Shown: positions 33,301 through 46,500 of the stretch, piece after piece
Numbering within the stretch: the first letter of the stretch is position 1
How the letters are laid out: each line of letters opens with the position of its first letter
From: Antedon mediterranea
Lineage: Eukaryota; Animalia; Echinodermata
Assembly: GCF_964355755.1 (NCBI RefSeq)
Contig: NC_092677.1
Coordinates: 15,088,101-15,152,100, forward strand
DNA: 64,000 nucleotides
Direction: 5' to 3'
Position numbers and translations under genes: made by a program
The notes under the pieces: model-generated
Databases searched by the model: none
Told to the model about the DNA's origin: nothing
The model's input: the letters and a program-made list of their open reading frames with translations, nothing else

Positions 33301-34246
33301 AACTAACTTTTAACCTGGAAGTTGTTGTGTTCTTAAAATTGTATTTTTGTATTAAATCTGTATTTATTTTAACTTGCACAAACACCTAGAATTTCAAATC
33401 ATGTGTGCTTGACTTGAATAGTAATAAATGAAAAAATTAAAACTATTACAAGGAACATTCACCTATTTTGACTGATATTGTCTTTGTATTGGCAGGTGGT
33501 GCTTCCTGTTATTTACTGCACTATAGTCTACTTTATGACAGGACAACCCCATGATGCCGGCAGATTCTCTATGTTTGTTGCCATATCAATATTGACGTCA
33601 TTCGTCGCTCAATCTCTTGGTCTGCTTATAGGAGCAGCTGCAACAACAATGGAGGTAACATACTTAATAACAATCAAAAATTAACTCGTATAAATATTTA
33701 AATGTTTTGTATGTTTATAAAAAAGTAGTTTAAATAGGTTTTAAATACCTGCACTAAAAACCACAATTAAGACATTTTAGTAGTTTTTCTCAAACTTATT
33801 CTCAAATTTAAATCATATCATTTAATTATCTAAATCAATTCGGTTTGACTGTTTTTGTAATAATTTTATTAACGTTTAGTACTTTATTATTTTTCAAGCT
33901 TGCTGTGTTTGTTGGACCAGTTAGTAGTATTCCTGTGCTTCTTTTCTCTGGATTCTTTGTGACGTTCAACACAATACCAAACTACCTTCAGTGGATGTCC
34001 TATATATCCTACATACGTTATTCGTTCCAGGGTGTTCTCATCTCCATATATGGTAATGACCGTGGGGATCTACATTGCGAACCTGGTGATGAGTGCTTGT
34101 TCAAAACAAGTGAGGACGTACTAAACGAGTTTGATGTCAATAACGGCAAAGTTTACGTCGCATTTCTTATACTTTTATCGTTCTTTGCTGTATTACGCTT
34201 TTTAACATACATTGCGCTACGAATTCGCTTGAGAGTAAGCCAGTAA
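9367..34246 (+). CDS. ABCG1: ABC transporter subfamily G half-transporter (ABCG1/ABCG4/white-like), ~857 aa model
   Basis: Exons 9367-9943 (less certain), 19181-19363, 22386-22503, 22617-22806, 23536-23681, 29663-29786, 30430-30544, 30898-31145, 31513-31608, 32044-32212, 32583-32683, 33496-33654, 33899-34246; total 2574 nt in frame. Motifs: Walker [11 protein letters not shown]-loop YIMQD, signature LSGGQ, Walker B/D-loop FFDEPTSGLD, TIHQP, NPADF, and a C-terminal TM domain with [17 protein letters not shown]1 versus ABCG4 orthology is not resolvable by eye. Confidence 0.92.
12300..12568 (+). mobile_element. Probable 3' tail of a non-LTR retrotransposon (LINE)
   Basis: T-rich UTR-like tract, hairpin AGGTG-TTAG-CACCT, ending in (AATA)n. 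Confidence 0.4.
15810..16050. repeat. Pyrimidine-rich degenerate minisatellite
   Basis: Repeated units like TTCATTTGTTCTTCCTCCC; it explains three overlapping spurious ORFs. Confidence 0.8.
16055..16182 (-). mobile_element. tRNA-derived SINE with Meta-domain-like core (partial second copy at 29508-29606)
   Basis: Minus strand has A-box-like TGGCCGAGCAG, B-box GGTTCGAGGC, then GTCTTCTCGGATAAGGACTATAAA, which resembles the MetaSINE central domain as recalled. Confidence 0.65.
20360..20590. repeat. ~25-bp minisatellite CAGTCTCCACTCCTCTTTCCCCTTA
   Basis: About 8-9 degenerate tandem units in an ABCG intron. Confidence 0.85.
20790..20925 (-). mobile_element. LINE-like 3' end with (ATTTG)n tail
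   Basis: (ATTTG)4 followed by an A-rich tract; same architecture as 63560-63720. Confidence 0.4.
22820..23500. repeat. (ATC)n-containing compound tandem repeat (~55-65 bp units)
   Basis: Recurring TATCATTGTTTCAGCATACAxTATCATCAATAACATCATC units fill the ABCG intron 22807-23535. Confidence 0.85.
27916..28056. mobile_element. MITE with perfect 18-bp inverted repeats
   Basis: TTGTCTACACTATCAAAC ... GTTTGATAGTGTAGACAA; related copies at ~8702-8816 and ~47362-47460. Confidence 0.7.
29508..29606 (-). mobile_element. Truncated copy of the Meta-like SINE
   Basis: TAGTCCTTATCCGAGAAGACTC.TTCTACCACC.GAACCATG is nearly identical to 16059-16100. Confidence 0.65.
30085..30272 (+). mobile_element. SINE 3' part with Deu/Nin-like core and L2-like tail
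   Basis: CTCTCCATCCAGGTGTATAAATGGGTACC core, then TGTGAAGCACTTAGA...AAGCACTATATAAG and an (ATT)n end. Confidence 0.55.
32268..32409. mobile_element. CAGTGGCGTAA-TIR MITE family copy
   Basis: GGCTATGAGC.C.CACTGG.TAAACCCAGGGGCCCCAGAGC is shared with 46100-46228 and, inverted, with 49803-49970; ends TTACGTCACTG. Confidence 0.65.
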
Positions 34247-37200
34247 TATTACAGTGTTTTGAAATTGGAATAAACTTATACTGTTTCTTTTTACACATTT
34301 AGAAGGGAAGGCAATATAAACAAAATATTTTCATTCGGTTATACAATCAGTCATAATTCTACATACTATATCACATTAAAAAAATCTCTGACTGCAACCA
34401 ATTGGCTACAGTTAAATATATCCTATGTATAAAAAACCGTGCATGATCACAATTGTTTGCAGTCAAACTTTTCTAAGTTATGTACATTATGTCGCTAACA
34501 TCCGTATTAGTGTGCCTATCAACAGTAGTTAAAGTTAGCATAAAATGTTAGTTACCGAAAGGCAGCTTTTTGCAGTCAGACAAACTTTTGTACAACACGG
34601 ATAAAGTTTCTTTCTCCAGGGTTTATAGCAAAGAAAACATTTTTATTATAAAAAAGTATTACAATGTATAGTCAACTGTCTGCAAAGGACACATTTTTAA
34701 ACCACATGCCTTCTAAAGAAAGGAACAGGATTCCTCACAAAAAAAATGGTTGTTCAGACTGATGGCAACGCTTATTGTTACAGTGGAAGTTCCTTCATAA
34801 TAAAAAATGGTATTACTAATAAAATACAACGCTGAATTGCATTGTATGGTAATCGCTACAGAAGACCGTTTCACTAATACATAATACTGACTGTACAGAC
34901 ACAAAATGTGTCAGCGTAGTACTAAGAGTGTGAACAGATTCTAAGATTGAAAATGACGGATTCCATGCCAATAGTGTGATTGAATGTTCCAACATTTTAC
35001 AGCTAAATGTAAATATTGAGTTGTCCAGCCATCGCTTATATATTCTTGCCAAACTTTTTTTTTTTTTTGGGAAAATTATTTTAATCTTGAGGCTGATACG
35101 GATACCTGTTGCAACTATGTTATTCAAATTTATCAAGTACAATTGCTTACCGATAATTGTAATTTGTACATATATTTAGAGCGCTATACTTGATTTGATC
35201 ATATATTATTATTGAATAATAATTTATCTATTATAATTGTAATAATTGTACATTTAGGGGAACATTCAACTTTGACCTTCAAATATAATATGTTTTATCC
35301 ATCCATAGTTGTATGTATTTAATTGTATATATACAATATTATGTGTGTCTGAGTTGAATTTTTAGAAATATATAAATATATTTTATTAAGATATAATTGC
35401 CTTTGTGAGGCAAATTTTAATAATGATTTCATGAATCAGCTATTATTATAAATTTGTAGAATTTTATGTTATATAGTGCAGCTCACCTCTTTTTTTTTTA
35501 TTGAACGTTTACACTGTTCTTTCTTATCTAGTGCAGGTCATTTGTTTTAACCTGCAATTACAACCTTTAATCTTCAAGATGAAGGAACCCTCAATCTTCA
35601 GTCTGTTCGGTCTTAAGCAGATCAATTTTTTACCTTCTGCAATTAGAACCATTAAAACTTATTCTTCAACCAAAGGTGATGGAATTACCTTTGACCTAAG
35701 ATTTCAAATCATATATTGACCTTTAACCTTCAAGGTGAATATGTTGCATAACCATTCATTTTTAGTCTGCATTTATTGAACATTGCATAGCTGTACAAAG
35801 TACATTAGGCTAATTTCTTCTTTTCTTTTGTTTAGTATAGAATTATTGAAAGTTATATTATCATTTACTCAATAATTATATATGGTATATATTTAGCAAC
35901 TAGTAACAGTGTGGGCTAGAATAGATCAGTTGATAACATATTACATGTTGATGTTCTATATAAGTATGCCTATCAATGCAATGTAAAATTGTACTTGTTT
36001 GAGATTTTCAAACACTAAAGAGTTAATTAGCTTAAATTTTATTATTTTATGTAGGCTGTAATTTTAAATATTCTGTGTTTTATTGGATGATTTGAATAGT
36101 TTGGTTCATAATATAAAGATGTTTTGGAGAAGTGTGCTCTTTGGATTAATCAGTAGGCCTAACATTTCTTTTAACAGAATGATTTCTGTAAAGTTCTGTA
36201 GGCTATAACTAGTAAAGCTGTATCTATGTTTCTACTGGTACAAAAATGTTAAAAGTATTTTGGTCAGAGAATATCCAAGTTTTAGTTGGCTCCAAAAATA
36301 CGAAGAAGAAAAAAAAAGAAGAAAGACAAGTTATCATTCATATTTTAGAAGTATTATTTGGATAGGGTTAATTGAACAAAAAAAGTCTGCGAGAAGAATA
36401 TGAGAACTTAATAAAACAATATCATAAAAACCCTGCTATAAAAAACAACCTCAATCTTATAATCAATGCAAAATGTGTCTGTTATTTTTAATTAAGAGTG
36501 TGTTTTGAAAAAAATTCAACGATTACAATCATTGTAAATAGCATAAGTGGTTTTAAATAATGCATATTAATTGTATTTGCTAGTATGAGTGTGCTACTCT
36601 GTTCAGGACCAAACATTTACTTTGTTTTCTTTGTTTCATCAAATTATCTTGTCTGTATAGAATTGTAGATTTTCTTATATAATCTTTTATCTTGGTGAGA
36701 TTTGTTTTTACTTATTCATTATTCATTGAAAGATTAGAGTTTTGGAAATTCTAAAGGGAATACTTAAGGACTAAGTGCAGTACATGATCTTGGAAATATG
36801 GAATTTCCTGCAAAAGATGAACTTGTGATTTCTAACTGTTATCAAGCTTGTTAAAACAGTGGCAAGTTATTTATACTAGAACGGAGCTAAGGTATGGAAG
36901 ATCTTTGGTTGGAGAACAACTTTCCTGCCTTCTAGAGTTTGTTTGTAGTGTAAGTATGTATAGAAATCTACTGTATGGTTGGGGAGGGGGGAGGGGTAGT
37001 GGTCAGAGGGGTTGTAATCCTTAAATATGCATAAGAGTAAGTAATTATAATATATTGTTATTATTTTTGGTTTTCCTATCTTCTTATAAACCATATAAAA
37101 CCAATACCGGTTGTGGTGGTGGTAGTGGTTCGTCACCATAGTGATGTCTTAATAGAAATGTTGTGTATACAACTGTAGAATGATGCTCTTACTTACACTA

Positions 37201-38770
37201 CCAAACTTTTACCAATAAGCAAAGGCCTAAATACAAAAATCCCCACAAATGTATGTTATGCACAGAATCTGAATGATTTATGTTAAACTTGGTATTGTTG
37301 CCTTTTATTTGTCTGAAAAGAACGAGATAATCCCAGTCCCTTCATCATATTCTATTTAGGTTGGTATTTCTATAATCTTGAATACACTATATCTATAATT
37401 GTATACATTTTATACACCTTTCTACTATGTATTTGCATATGTTGCAACTTTTATATAATAGTTCTTCAGTTTGAACATAGAACTGAACAATCTTCTACTG
37501 CAGTAACTATTTTGCATGGTGTCTGCAATAATGTGTACAGTAAAACAAAAACAAAAGAAAGGACTGCAGTAGAATAATGCATGCTTCCTAGGGCTTGGTT
37601 TTCACAAAGGACTTAAGCGCAACACAAGTAATTTAAACAATCACAATGCAATGAATCCTCCAAACTGTCGTAAGTCGACTAACTTGCGTTACATGTACTG
37701 TGTGAACCAAGCTTAAACAAGATTTGTGCTGGCTGAAAGAAAATTCTTGCCAATGTTATATAATTACCTCAATTTATATCATGATCTCTGAACTTTGAAC
37801 CCTGACATGCATTATTAGCAATGGGGTAAGATGGTTTTGAAGAGTAAAGCTGACTTACAGTCTGTAACTCTTGTTAATGTTTGTTAAGCAGCTTTAAATA
37901 GAAAGCTAGAAATATTTAAGATTATTCGTTGATAAGTGTAAATACAAAAATAAGATTGGATAACGTACATGTAATATTTTGTACATGTAATTTAGTAATG
38001 ATGCCTTTTGGTGAAAAGAAAATACATAAAAGATTCTGTTGCCATTAACAGAATCCTACATTTTTGTAATCTAAATACTGTACTCCTTTCTGTTGTGGAA
38101 GTTTTGTTTTAAACTTTTTAGAAGCAAATAATACTATTAATATTATTGGCAGGATAATATTACGATTGATTACTTCTGTGGTTTATGATTCTTAAATTGC
38201 TATCCATGAATTTAGTAACATAAATTATCTAATAAATTACTTTATAAAAATATTTTTTGGACACATAACAATGCTTTTATTATATAAATTATACGAAATA
38301 TCACAGTATAAAGAAATATACTTGTATAAAATACATAGTCCTTTAAAAGTTTTAAACTAAATTTAACCTTTGAACTATATTCTATTTGATGATGTAAAAA
38401 AATGTATTGGTGGTGAAAAAGGCTGAAGTTAAATTCATACAAAATATAGCATGTACACAAAGATGGGCTTGCATTTAAAAGCTTTTTTAGAGTGAATAAA
38501 ATGTTTGAAAGAGATCAAAATATGTTGTAAATTGTTCATTTTTTGGGGTGGATGCTGCACTACGGATTTGGAATTGCTTTGACACTCTACCCAGTTGAAC
38601 AGTAGAATAGATCAATGATATAGGAGCATAAGAAGAATGCAATCAACATTACAAGTCATAGTGTCATGCTTTAATAAAAATATATTCAGGAACATACAAT
38701 AAAAAGCATATACATAATTTATTATCCCTGTTTAAATAATACATTTCGAGCACATTGTGTAAAAAATTAA

Positions 38771-40355
38771 TTAGTTATCCGCATTCAGCGGATAACTCCT
38801 TGTAACTGTCCTGTTTCATCTTCTTTTTTTTCTGTATTCTTCTTTCTTTCTGTCATTTTTGTGCAGAGCGTATCTCTAAAACATGTAAACATAACATTTC
38901 ATAACTTTGTCAACATATGGGCATTCGCGTGAAGTTGTGCCCCTCTTATTGTGAATGACGTCAGAGTTACGCAACGTGACTTACGCGCGTTTTTACGTTT
39001 TTCGCGTATTTAACATAGATCGAAAACCATATAACAATTTCAAATGAAACTTAGCATAAGTTTAATTTATATCATGCGCTAACTTTCTGTGTAAAAAAAA
39101 TGACATGTTTCACACGAAGTTACGCGCGCACGCGCGTTTAAAATTTAAAAATGCGAAAAATCAGTTTCTAATCAACTTTCTACGCGTTTCATGTCATTTT
39201 AAGCATGTCAAAAATTCCCAGGCGCGCGCAATTTTTTTACGCACACGTGCGCACGTAGCGCAAAACACTTTTTTTTTCGCGTGATTTATGTTTTTCCAGC
39301 CTTTTCTAGTAATTTTACAAACTTTTAAACAATTTCGACTTAAAATCACGTCATACGGGCACGTAGAATTGGATAATTTTCGCGAGTTTTTGATGAAAAA
39401 GTAAAAAAAATTGTCAAAATTTGTCAAAATTATGCCTTTTTTTAAACAGTCGTAATTTCTAAACTGGACGGTCAATTTTTTGTGGATGACATATTCTTGA
39501 AGTTGATGAGTTATAGATATCGGATCATGTATTAATATGGCTAACCGGACATTGTGACGTCATCGTATGGCCACGTGAATATAAAATTTAGGATTTTTGT
39601 ATCTTTCGTCGTAGCTCATCACATTTAATAGAGCGCATCTCTACTTATCCGTTTTCCATTTTCACCCCGATTTTGATATTGTCTAGATCAATCAACTATC
39701 TTTCGCATGAGTTAAAATTATTTTAATTTTTATTACGTCATCATGTCTAAAAACGTAAATAACGTGGGTCAATTATTTTCATCTTTACAGTAAATTTCAA
39801 TCTGTTATAGCTCGTCAGAATAAAAAGTGATAATCATGATTAAAATGTTTCCTGGAAGCTATTGGATTGTAGATACGAATTCATGTGAACATTTTTCCAA
39901 TCCGACGTTGTGACGTCATCATATGGCCAGTTGAATAAAAAAAGTCGTATTTTCATCTTTTGCGTCATAGTTCATCACATTTAAAAGAGCGCGCATCTAT
40001 ATTTTACGTATTCAAATTTCTTCTACACGTTAATATGTTGTTGCTGAGATAATTTCATTCTGAAATTTCTACTTTTGCATTTCATTTTGAAACCGTCAAG
40101 ATGTAAAACATTACAATAAAATACGGGTCCCGTAATTTCACCTATTTTACACTGTTTGTGATATGTATACAGATTGTACTGTGTATACTATATGACACAA
40201 AATAACAGAATTCAGAAATAACAACATATCATATTCTTCAGTTCAGGTCATAATGCCTTAATATTTTTCTGTGTGCAATATTCTAACGTATGACGTGCAC
40301 GTGGCGTTTGTCGAGCGGATAACTAACTCGTCAAAGTGACGAGTTTCATGTCTAG
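38771..40355 (+). mobile_element. Non-autonomous Helitron/Helentron-associated (HINE/DINE-1-like) element
   Basis: 5' subTIR TTAGTTATCCGC with adjacent inverted copy GCGGATAACT; 3' subTIR GCGGATAACTAA (40315-40326); hairpin AACTCGTCA-AAG-TGACGAGTT; terminal CTAG. CpG-rich interior with two diverged ~357-bp tandem units. Confidence 0.75.
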
Positions 40356-40588
40356 TTAGTTTCTTAGAATTGTACAGTATATGTACTAAAATCAACATCC
40401 AAAAGGTTCCACATGTTTTCTTACTCTATAAAGTTTCCAGAAAACCACTGCAGGCAGGCAGCCAGCAAAAGTGTGTCTGGGAGAGATGAAAGTTTTAGTA
40501 GTTTAGTAACAAAATGAGCAGCATACTTAATCAATTCCTGGTTAATATCACATTTCATTATTCTTTTACAAACCAATATATACATTGA

Positions 40589-43500
40589 TCAGGTCTTCTT
40601 TTCGACATCTTTATTTTTAGAACCCTTTTGTACCCCAGATTTACTGTTTTCTGTTCCTGAACTACCTGATGGATTAGAGGCAGCTGCTGCGGCGGCGGCA
40701 GCTGCAGCCGCGGCAAGTCTAGGTGATTTTCTTCCTCCTGTTGATGAAGGAGGTGTCTTTGAAACTGATGTTTGACTTTTTGTAGGAGTAGTCGTATCGA
40801 CAGATAGTGCAAAACTTTTGACTGGATTAGTCTTGCATTGCGCTGCGACTGCTAAAGTAGGCATCACTGATTCACCAGCAATAGTGGTTGATGGTGGTAC
40901 AGCTGTAGATACAGAGGTTGTCAGTGCTGGATCACTTGGTGTTGTCACAGCTTTTTCAGAAGATGTAGAGACTGTAGATTGCATTTCAGATGTCACTTTC
41001 TGTTTGGTGATATCTATATTTGAGGTTTTAAGCACTTGTGCCTCTTTGGAACCACTTGATGTTGTCGGGACTTGTGTCAGAGTGGACGAATAAAGTGCAC
41101 CCGCTTGAGACCTAGTGATTGCTAGAGCCTTAGTAGACAAAGGAATAGATGTCAGCACATGACTAGGACGGTGAATACTTTGACCGAGTGCAAGTTTCAA
41201 ACCAGATGGAGTTACTACAGACTTTGAGACAACTTGGGGCACAGCATGTGTAATATGAGTGACACTGGAACGTGGTCCTAAAGTTGAAGGTTTCACCTGT
41301 GATTCCAATTGTGCAGTTGACAGCTGTAGATTCTTAGCAGTTGGCAATCTGTGGATAGTCTGTGAAAAACATTTCTGAAATGCAAGTGCTTCAGATTGCA
41401 CAGGTGTAGAACCAGATGAAGTCTTAACGAAAGAAGAAATGGCTTTAGGTACAGGAATAGGATTTGATATCGTTTGTGTATTCCCAGTGATTGTTTGCAT
41501 ATTCCCAGTCACTGATGACAGAATGATGTTCCTTGGCCCAATATTGATAGCACCACTCACTTTGGTAGGTTTAGCTACCAATTTTGCATGAGATGTGGTC
41601 ATAATACCAGCACTCGGTGTAACAGTTCCAGAAGCCTGGAATGAAGGTTGTTTACTTGTTAGCCTAACCATAGATGGTGTTGGGATTGTGTGCGTCAGTG
41701 ATATCCCTGATACAACCTGTCCCATTGACAGCTTTTGTAATGTATTAGACCCAGGTGGTCTGATGAAAGAAATAGGCTGCATAGCAGTAGAAGCTGGTGA
41801 GGAAGCTGAAGCACTGGATATCACTACATTTGTAATAGGTTTGCTTCCTGGTGTAAGAAATTGACCTTTACTTAAGGAGAATGTACTGAATGAAGGAATC
41901 GTTCCTTTTGTTTCCATTTGTACATTTTGTGATGATGCAAGTGCTAAAGGATGCCTTGGCGCCTGCTGATGAAAGCTTGAGAAAGGAACAGCCATCACAA
42001 CCTGCGGTTTAGATATTGATACTTCTGAACTAGTGGCAGGACTCTCAGATCTAGTTGAGACAATTGGAGATTTCTTAACACTTGCACCAGCAGCTAACAT
42101 GTTACTTATTAATCTTGGGTTGGCTTGAACTAGTTTGGCTCCAGGAATATGTAAAATCATTTCTTTTTGATTTAGACTTGTAGTACCATGAATCACAGGA
42201 TGTGATCCTTTGGAAATATTATCAAGTGTTCCAGATTGAGAACTTTGTAAAAGTAAAGATACTGGTACACTAGCAGTCTTTTTTCCATCCACAGAAGTCA
42301 AAACATTTACATTAGCATGCAGTTGATCCCCTGACGCTTGTTTAAAAATAGTTGAAACTGGTGGGATTCTAGTCTGTTTAGCTGTTGAAGGTGTTTCAGA
42401 CAGTGGTGAGTGAACCCTTACTTTTGGAAGGGTACTTTGAACTGCTTGCAACGGTATTTGAGCTCTCTGAGCCTGCTGAATAATATCACTTACTGTAGCC
42501 TGTTTGCGATGTGTTTTTCCAAGAGCAGCTGCAATAGCACTGATTGTTGCAGATTGGCTGTCAACAACTGGTGGGGATGCAATCGTTGATGTTGGTGTTT
42601 TGACTCTCAAAACAGGTGTTGGCTTACCACTAGTAAGTTGGATTGCAGCTGGGGTGCCACCCTTACTTCCAAGTACATACATCTTTTGTCCAGCTGACGT
42701 AGCAAATACATTTGTAACACCAGCCGGAAGTGATGATGAAACTTTCTGTTGGTGCTGGACAAGTGAAGTTACTGCAGAAGTGTTTTGAGTGGGTTTTGTT
42801 TCTTGAGCAGCACTGGAATTATTATGAATCATAGTCCTACCTGTAAGAAGACTTAGGCCACCTTGGTGAGCCAACTGTGATGCTGCTTTGTTTATGGTCT
42901 GTACATTTGCTTCTGAAGTGACATTACCTTGAAGCCCTGCAAGCGCAAGAGCAATATTTAATTGTTGTGGAAATACCTGATGTAAACCGTCTTTCTTTAG
43001 ACCCAATCCATGTTGAAAAACAGCGTTGATCTGTGCAGCTTGCTTTTTAGCTTTATTGTCTTTATTTTGAGTTGGCATTGGCGGAATCATACTTGGTGGT
43101 TGTTCCATTCTAAGGTTTTGATAATGCATAGCTTGAGTCTGAAGAACTTCTAACGCTGTTAGGTTTCCTGTTGCTGGCATTCTGACCATAGGTCTAGGTT
43201 GTGTACCGCCAATAGGTGACAACATACTGGAAAGCGGTAGTGGAGAAGTTTTCACTACACCAGTTGTTACAGGAACATCAGCCTGCCGTGATTGTTGTGC
43301 CAAAATCTGAGCTTGAATAGCTGAACGAGATGCTTGAGATGCACTTAATTGAAGCTGTTTAGCTTTCCCTGCTTGTAACGCAAGCTGCTGAGCCACTGTT
43401 TGCGCTCCAGAAGAATTATGGCTGGACTTTTGTGGACCTACACTGCTGGTACTACTGTAGTGAGAGCTACTAACGTTAGTCAGTCCTGGCATGCTAGCTG

Positions 43501-46500
43501 GAGGTGTGGTTGCTGGACTTTGCATGTTTATAAGAGAACTCTTTGAGGTTAACTGATGGCAAAGAATAGATGATACTGGAGAAACACCATGCGAACTGTC
43601 TAATGGAATACTACTGCTTGCCAGACTATCGTTACTACTATCACTCATAACATTTGGAGGGTGGTTCTGTGGTGCTTTCATCAAGGCGTCTTTAATAACA
43701 GATTTCTGTAATTTAAATCAAACATTTGAAATTAGCATTTAATTAGTGATTTGTTAAGTGAAAGAATGCCTGAATAAAATTATTACTCACCACTTTAGTT
43801 TGCTTCAACATTGCTTTCTTAGCTTTTGCAGCTGCCCCTTGTTCTTGATGGATACGCTCTGTAAAATTTATAAAATGTTATACAGTAATAATTCAATTGT
43901 TTGCCAAGTGTATCAACAATTCTGTATTTCAAGTGTTTTCATGGATTTAACCAGACATACTTCCAAAAAAAGAATACAATTAAGTATCACACTACCTTAT
44001 ACATTGTGGTAGAAGAATAAGTATTTTCTTTTAAATTCAATCTGTGTATACTAATACAGGGTTGTATACTAATACAGAGTTGTATACTAATACAGAGTTG
44101 TATACTAATACAGAGTTGTATACTAATACAGAGTTGTATACTAATACAGAGTTGTATACTAATACAGAGTTGTATACCAATACAGAGTTGTATACCAATA
44201 CAGAGTTGTATACTAATACAGAGTTGTATACTAATACAGAGTTGTATACTAATACAGAGTTGTATAGCAATACAGAGTTGTATACCAATACAGAGTTGTA
44301 TACCAATACAGAGTTGTATACTAATACAGAGTTGTATACTAATACAGAGTTGTATACTAATACAGAGTTGTATACTAATACAGAGTTGTATACTAATACA
44401 GAGTTGTATACCAATACAGAGTTGTATACCAATACAGAGTTGTATACTAATACAGAGTTGTATACTAATACAGAGTTGTATACTAATACAGAGTTGTATA
44501 CTAATACAGAGTTGTATACTAATACAGAGTTGTATACTAATACAGAGTTGTATACTAATACAGAGTTGTATACTAATACAGAGTTGTATACTAATACAGA
44601 GTTGTATACTAATACAGAGTTGTATACTAATACAGAGTTGTATACTAATACAGAGTTGTATACTAATACAGAGTTGTATACTAATACAGAGTTGTATACT
44701 AATACAGAGTTGTATACTAATACAGAGTTGTATACCAATACAGAGTTGTATACTAATACAGAGTATATATTAATTTTCCTTACCAAATTCTACTTCAGAT
44801 CGTCCTCTGTGTAAAAAGATCCAGAGCCTTCTGTTGACATCAAATTTAACACTTGGGTCTTTCTCGTAGTGTAACCTATCCAGAGCACCACTTACAACTG
44901 TATTTATTTGCACATCAGGAGCTTCTGCTAGGAACTGAGAATCCTTAAGCAGTTCACAGACCTCTGCTCTTGTACCTTCTCCATTTGGTAGTCTTGCCAC
45001 AGAATCACGAACTGATGAGACAAAGACAATTGACTTTGAACAATTTACTTGAAATTATCATTGGCAGCTTAGTTTTAGACGACCATTCCAATTTAAGATC
45101 TTGAGTCAGATATTTTGATAACATGTTTAATTTTATTTATTTTAAAACAGTACTCTTGTTATTTTTACTTTGAAATATACCAGTGTTAATGACAATCTTA
45201 CCATAGATTTGAACTATGGAGTATTTAAAACTTACCAAGGCTAAGAATTGTAACATATGGTGGTCGCTTTGAGACAAGCAAAGAATGTTCCCTAGCACGA
45301 TTCAGTGACATTTCTTTAGCAAACACTCCTTTTACTGGGCCAACAACTGATTCATAACCATGCATACGATATGTGAAAGCTTTATGTGGTTGTTCATAGC
45401 GCAGTTTTTCCTATTACAAGAAAGCAAAAACATCTGTTAAAAATAAAATCAAGCATACAGCATATGTATCCTGTTTTTTTTTAACATTATTGTATCTATA
45501 AAGTATCATAATATGTGTCACCTGTTCCCTAAAAAATGCTTTCTCTTCTGTGGTAGTTGGCTTCACAACATATTCTGTTTTTCTGTATAAAAATGACATG
45601 TTAATACAATTAATCATAATAAAAACAGGAAAGCATTAGGCTATTACACCATCACTTATCACAAATCATCATCATTGATGTGTTGGCATTTCGAGATGGA
45701 TTTCACAATGCAATGCCACAGTTCTTTATTCATAATCTGAATCAGTAGGTCATAAATAAATTGGTTGGTGTCTCTTGCAACAAAGAATTAACTTACACTC
45801 TTGGGCTTGGTATATGGTCTTTCTTGTCTGAAGTGTCTGCTGTAAGGTTGATTTTATCATCAGTTGAATAAGTCATCCACTGTTTAAAGAGGGTTGCTAA
45901 TTCATCTTCACTGTCTCCATTTCCAGTTCCTGCAAAACGAGAATGTGTAAAAAATAAAGGCAACTGCTGCAAAAACAAAGTCAATTGAGCAATCAAAGCT
46001 CAAAACTTTAGAAAATAAGCAACTTTTTTACCTACAATTTTGAACTTGATTTAGCTCTTCTTAACTGAGATTATCTGTGCTATATGCCATTACATTGTAT
46101 CTTGTGGTGTAATGGCTATGAGCGCTCACTGGGTAAACCCAGGGGCCCCAGAGCATGAGCAGCCCACTGCATCTACCCTCTGCAATGGAGGGCACCAGAG
46201 GCCTTTGCCTCTCGCGTTTACGCCACTGATTGTAAGGTTAAGATAAAATACAATACCTATCCATGTCCAGTGTAGTGGCTCTCCTGGTATGAATTGAGCA
46301 CGAGACACCAGTGGTAGGGACCCTTTACGCTCTCTGCTCAGGTAAACTAGGGCTTCTGTCAGCACCTTGCACCATGATGATTTTATGGGGTACCAGGGAT
46401 TTAACATGCTCGTTGGAGATTTTTCCCACACTTCTACTCGTTCTTCAAGACGACTGTGCTGCATACGCTTCTCTGGGTTAGATGTTATCCACTCACGAAG

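Noticed and set aside
40818-42788. Plus-strand ORFs of 89-94 aa
   Set aside because: Antisense shadows of the NFRKB terminal exon.
40589-43684. 1031-aa ORF as a stand-alone mucin-like gene
   Set aside because: It splices in frame (acceptor at 43705) to upstream NFRKB exons and has no signal peptide.
44037-44814. 249-aa and 256-aa repetitive ORFs on both strands; array superficially CRISPR-like
   Set aside because: The ORFs arise from an 18-bp stop-free tandem unit within an NFRKB intron. There are no unique spacers and no cas genes, and the context is eukaryotic.
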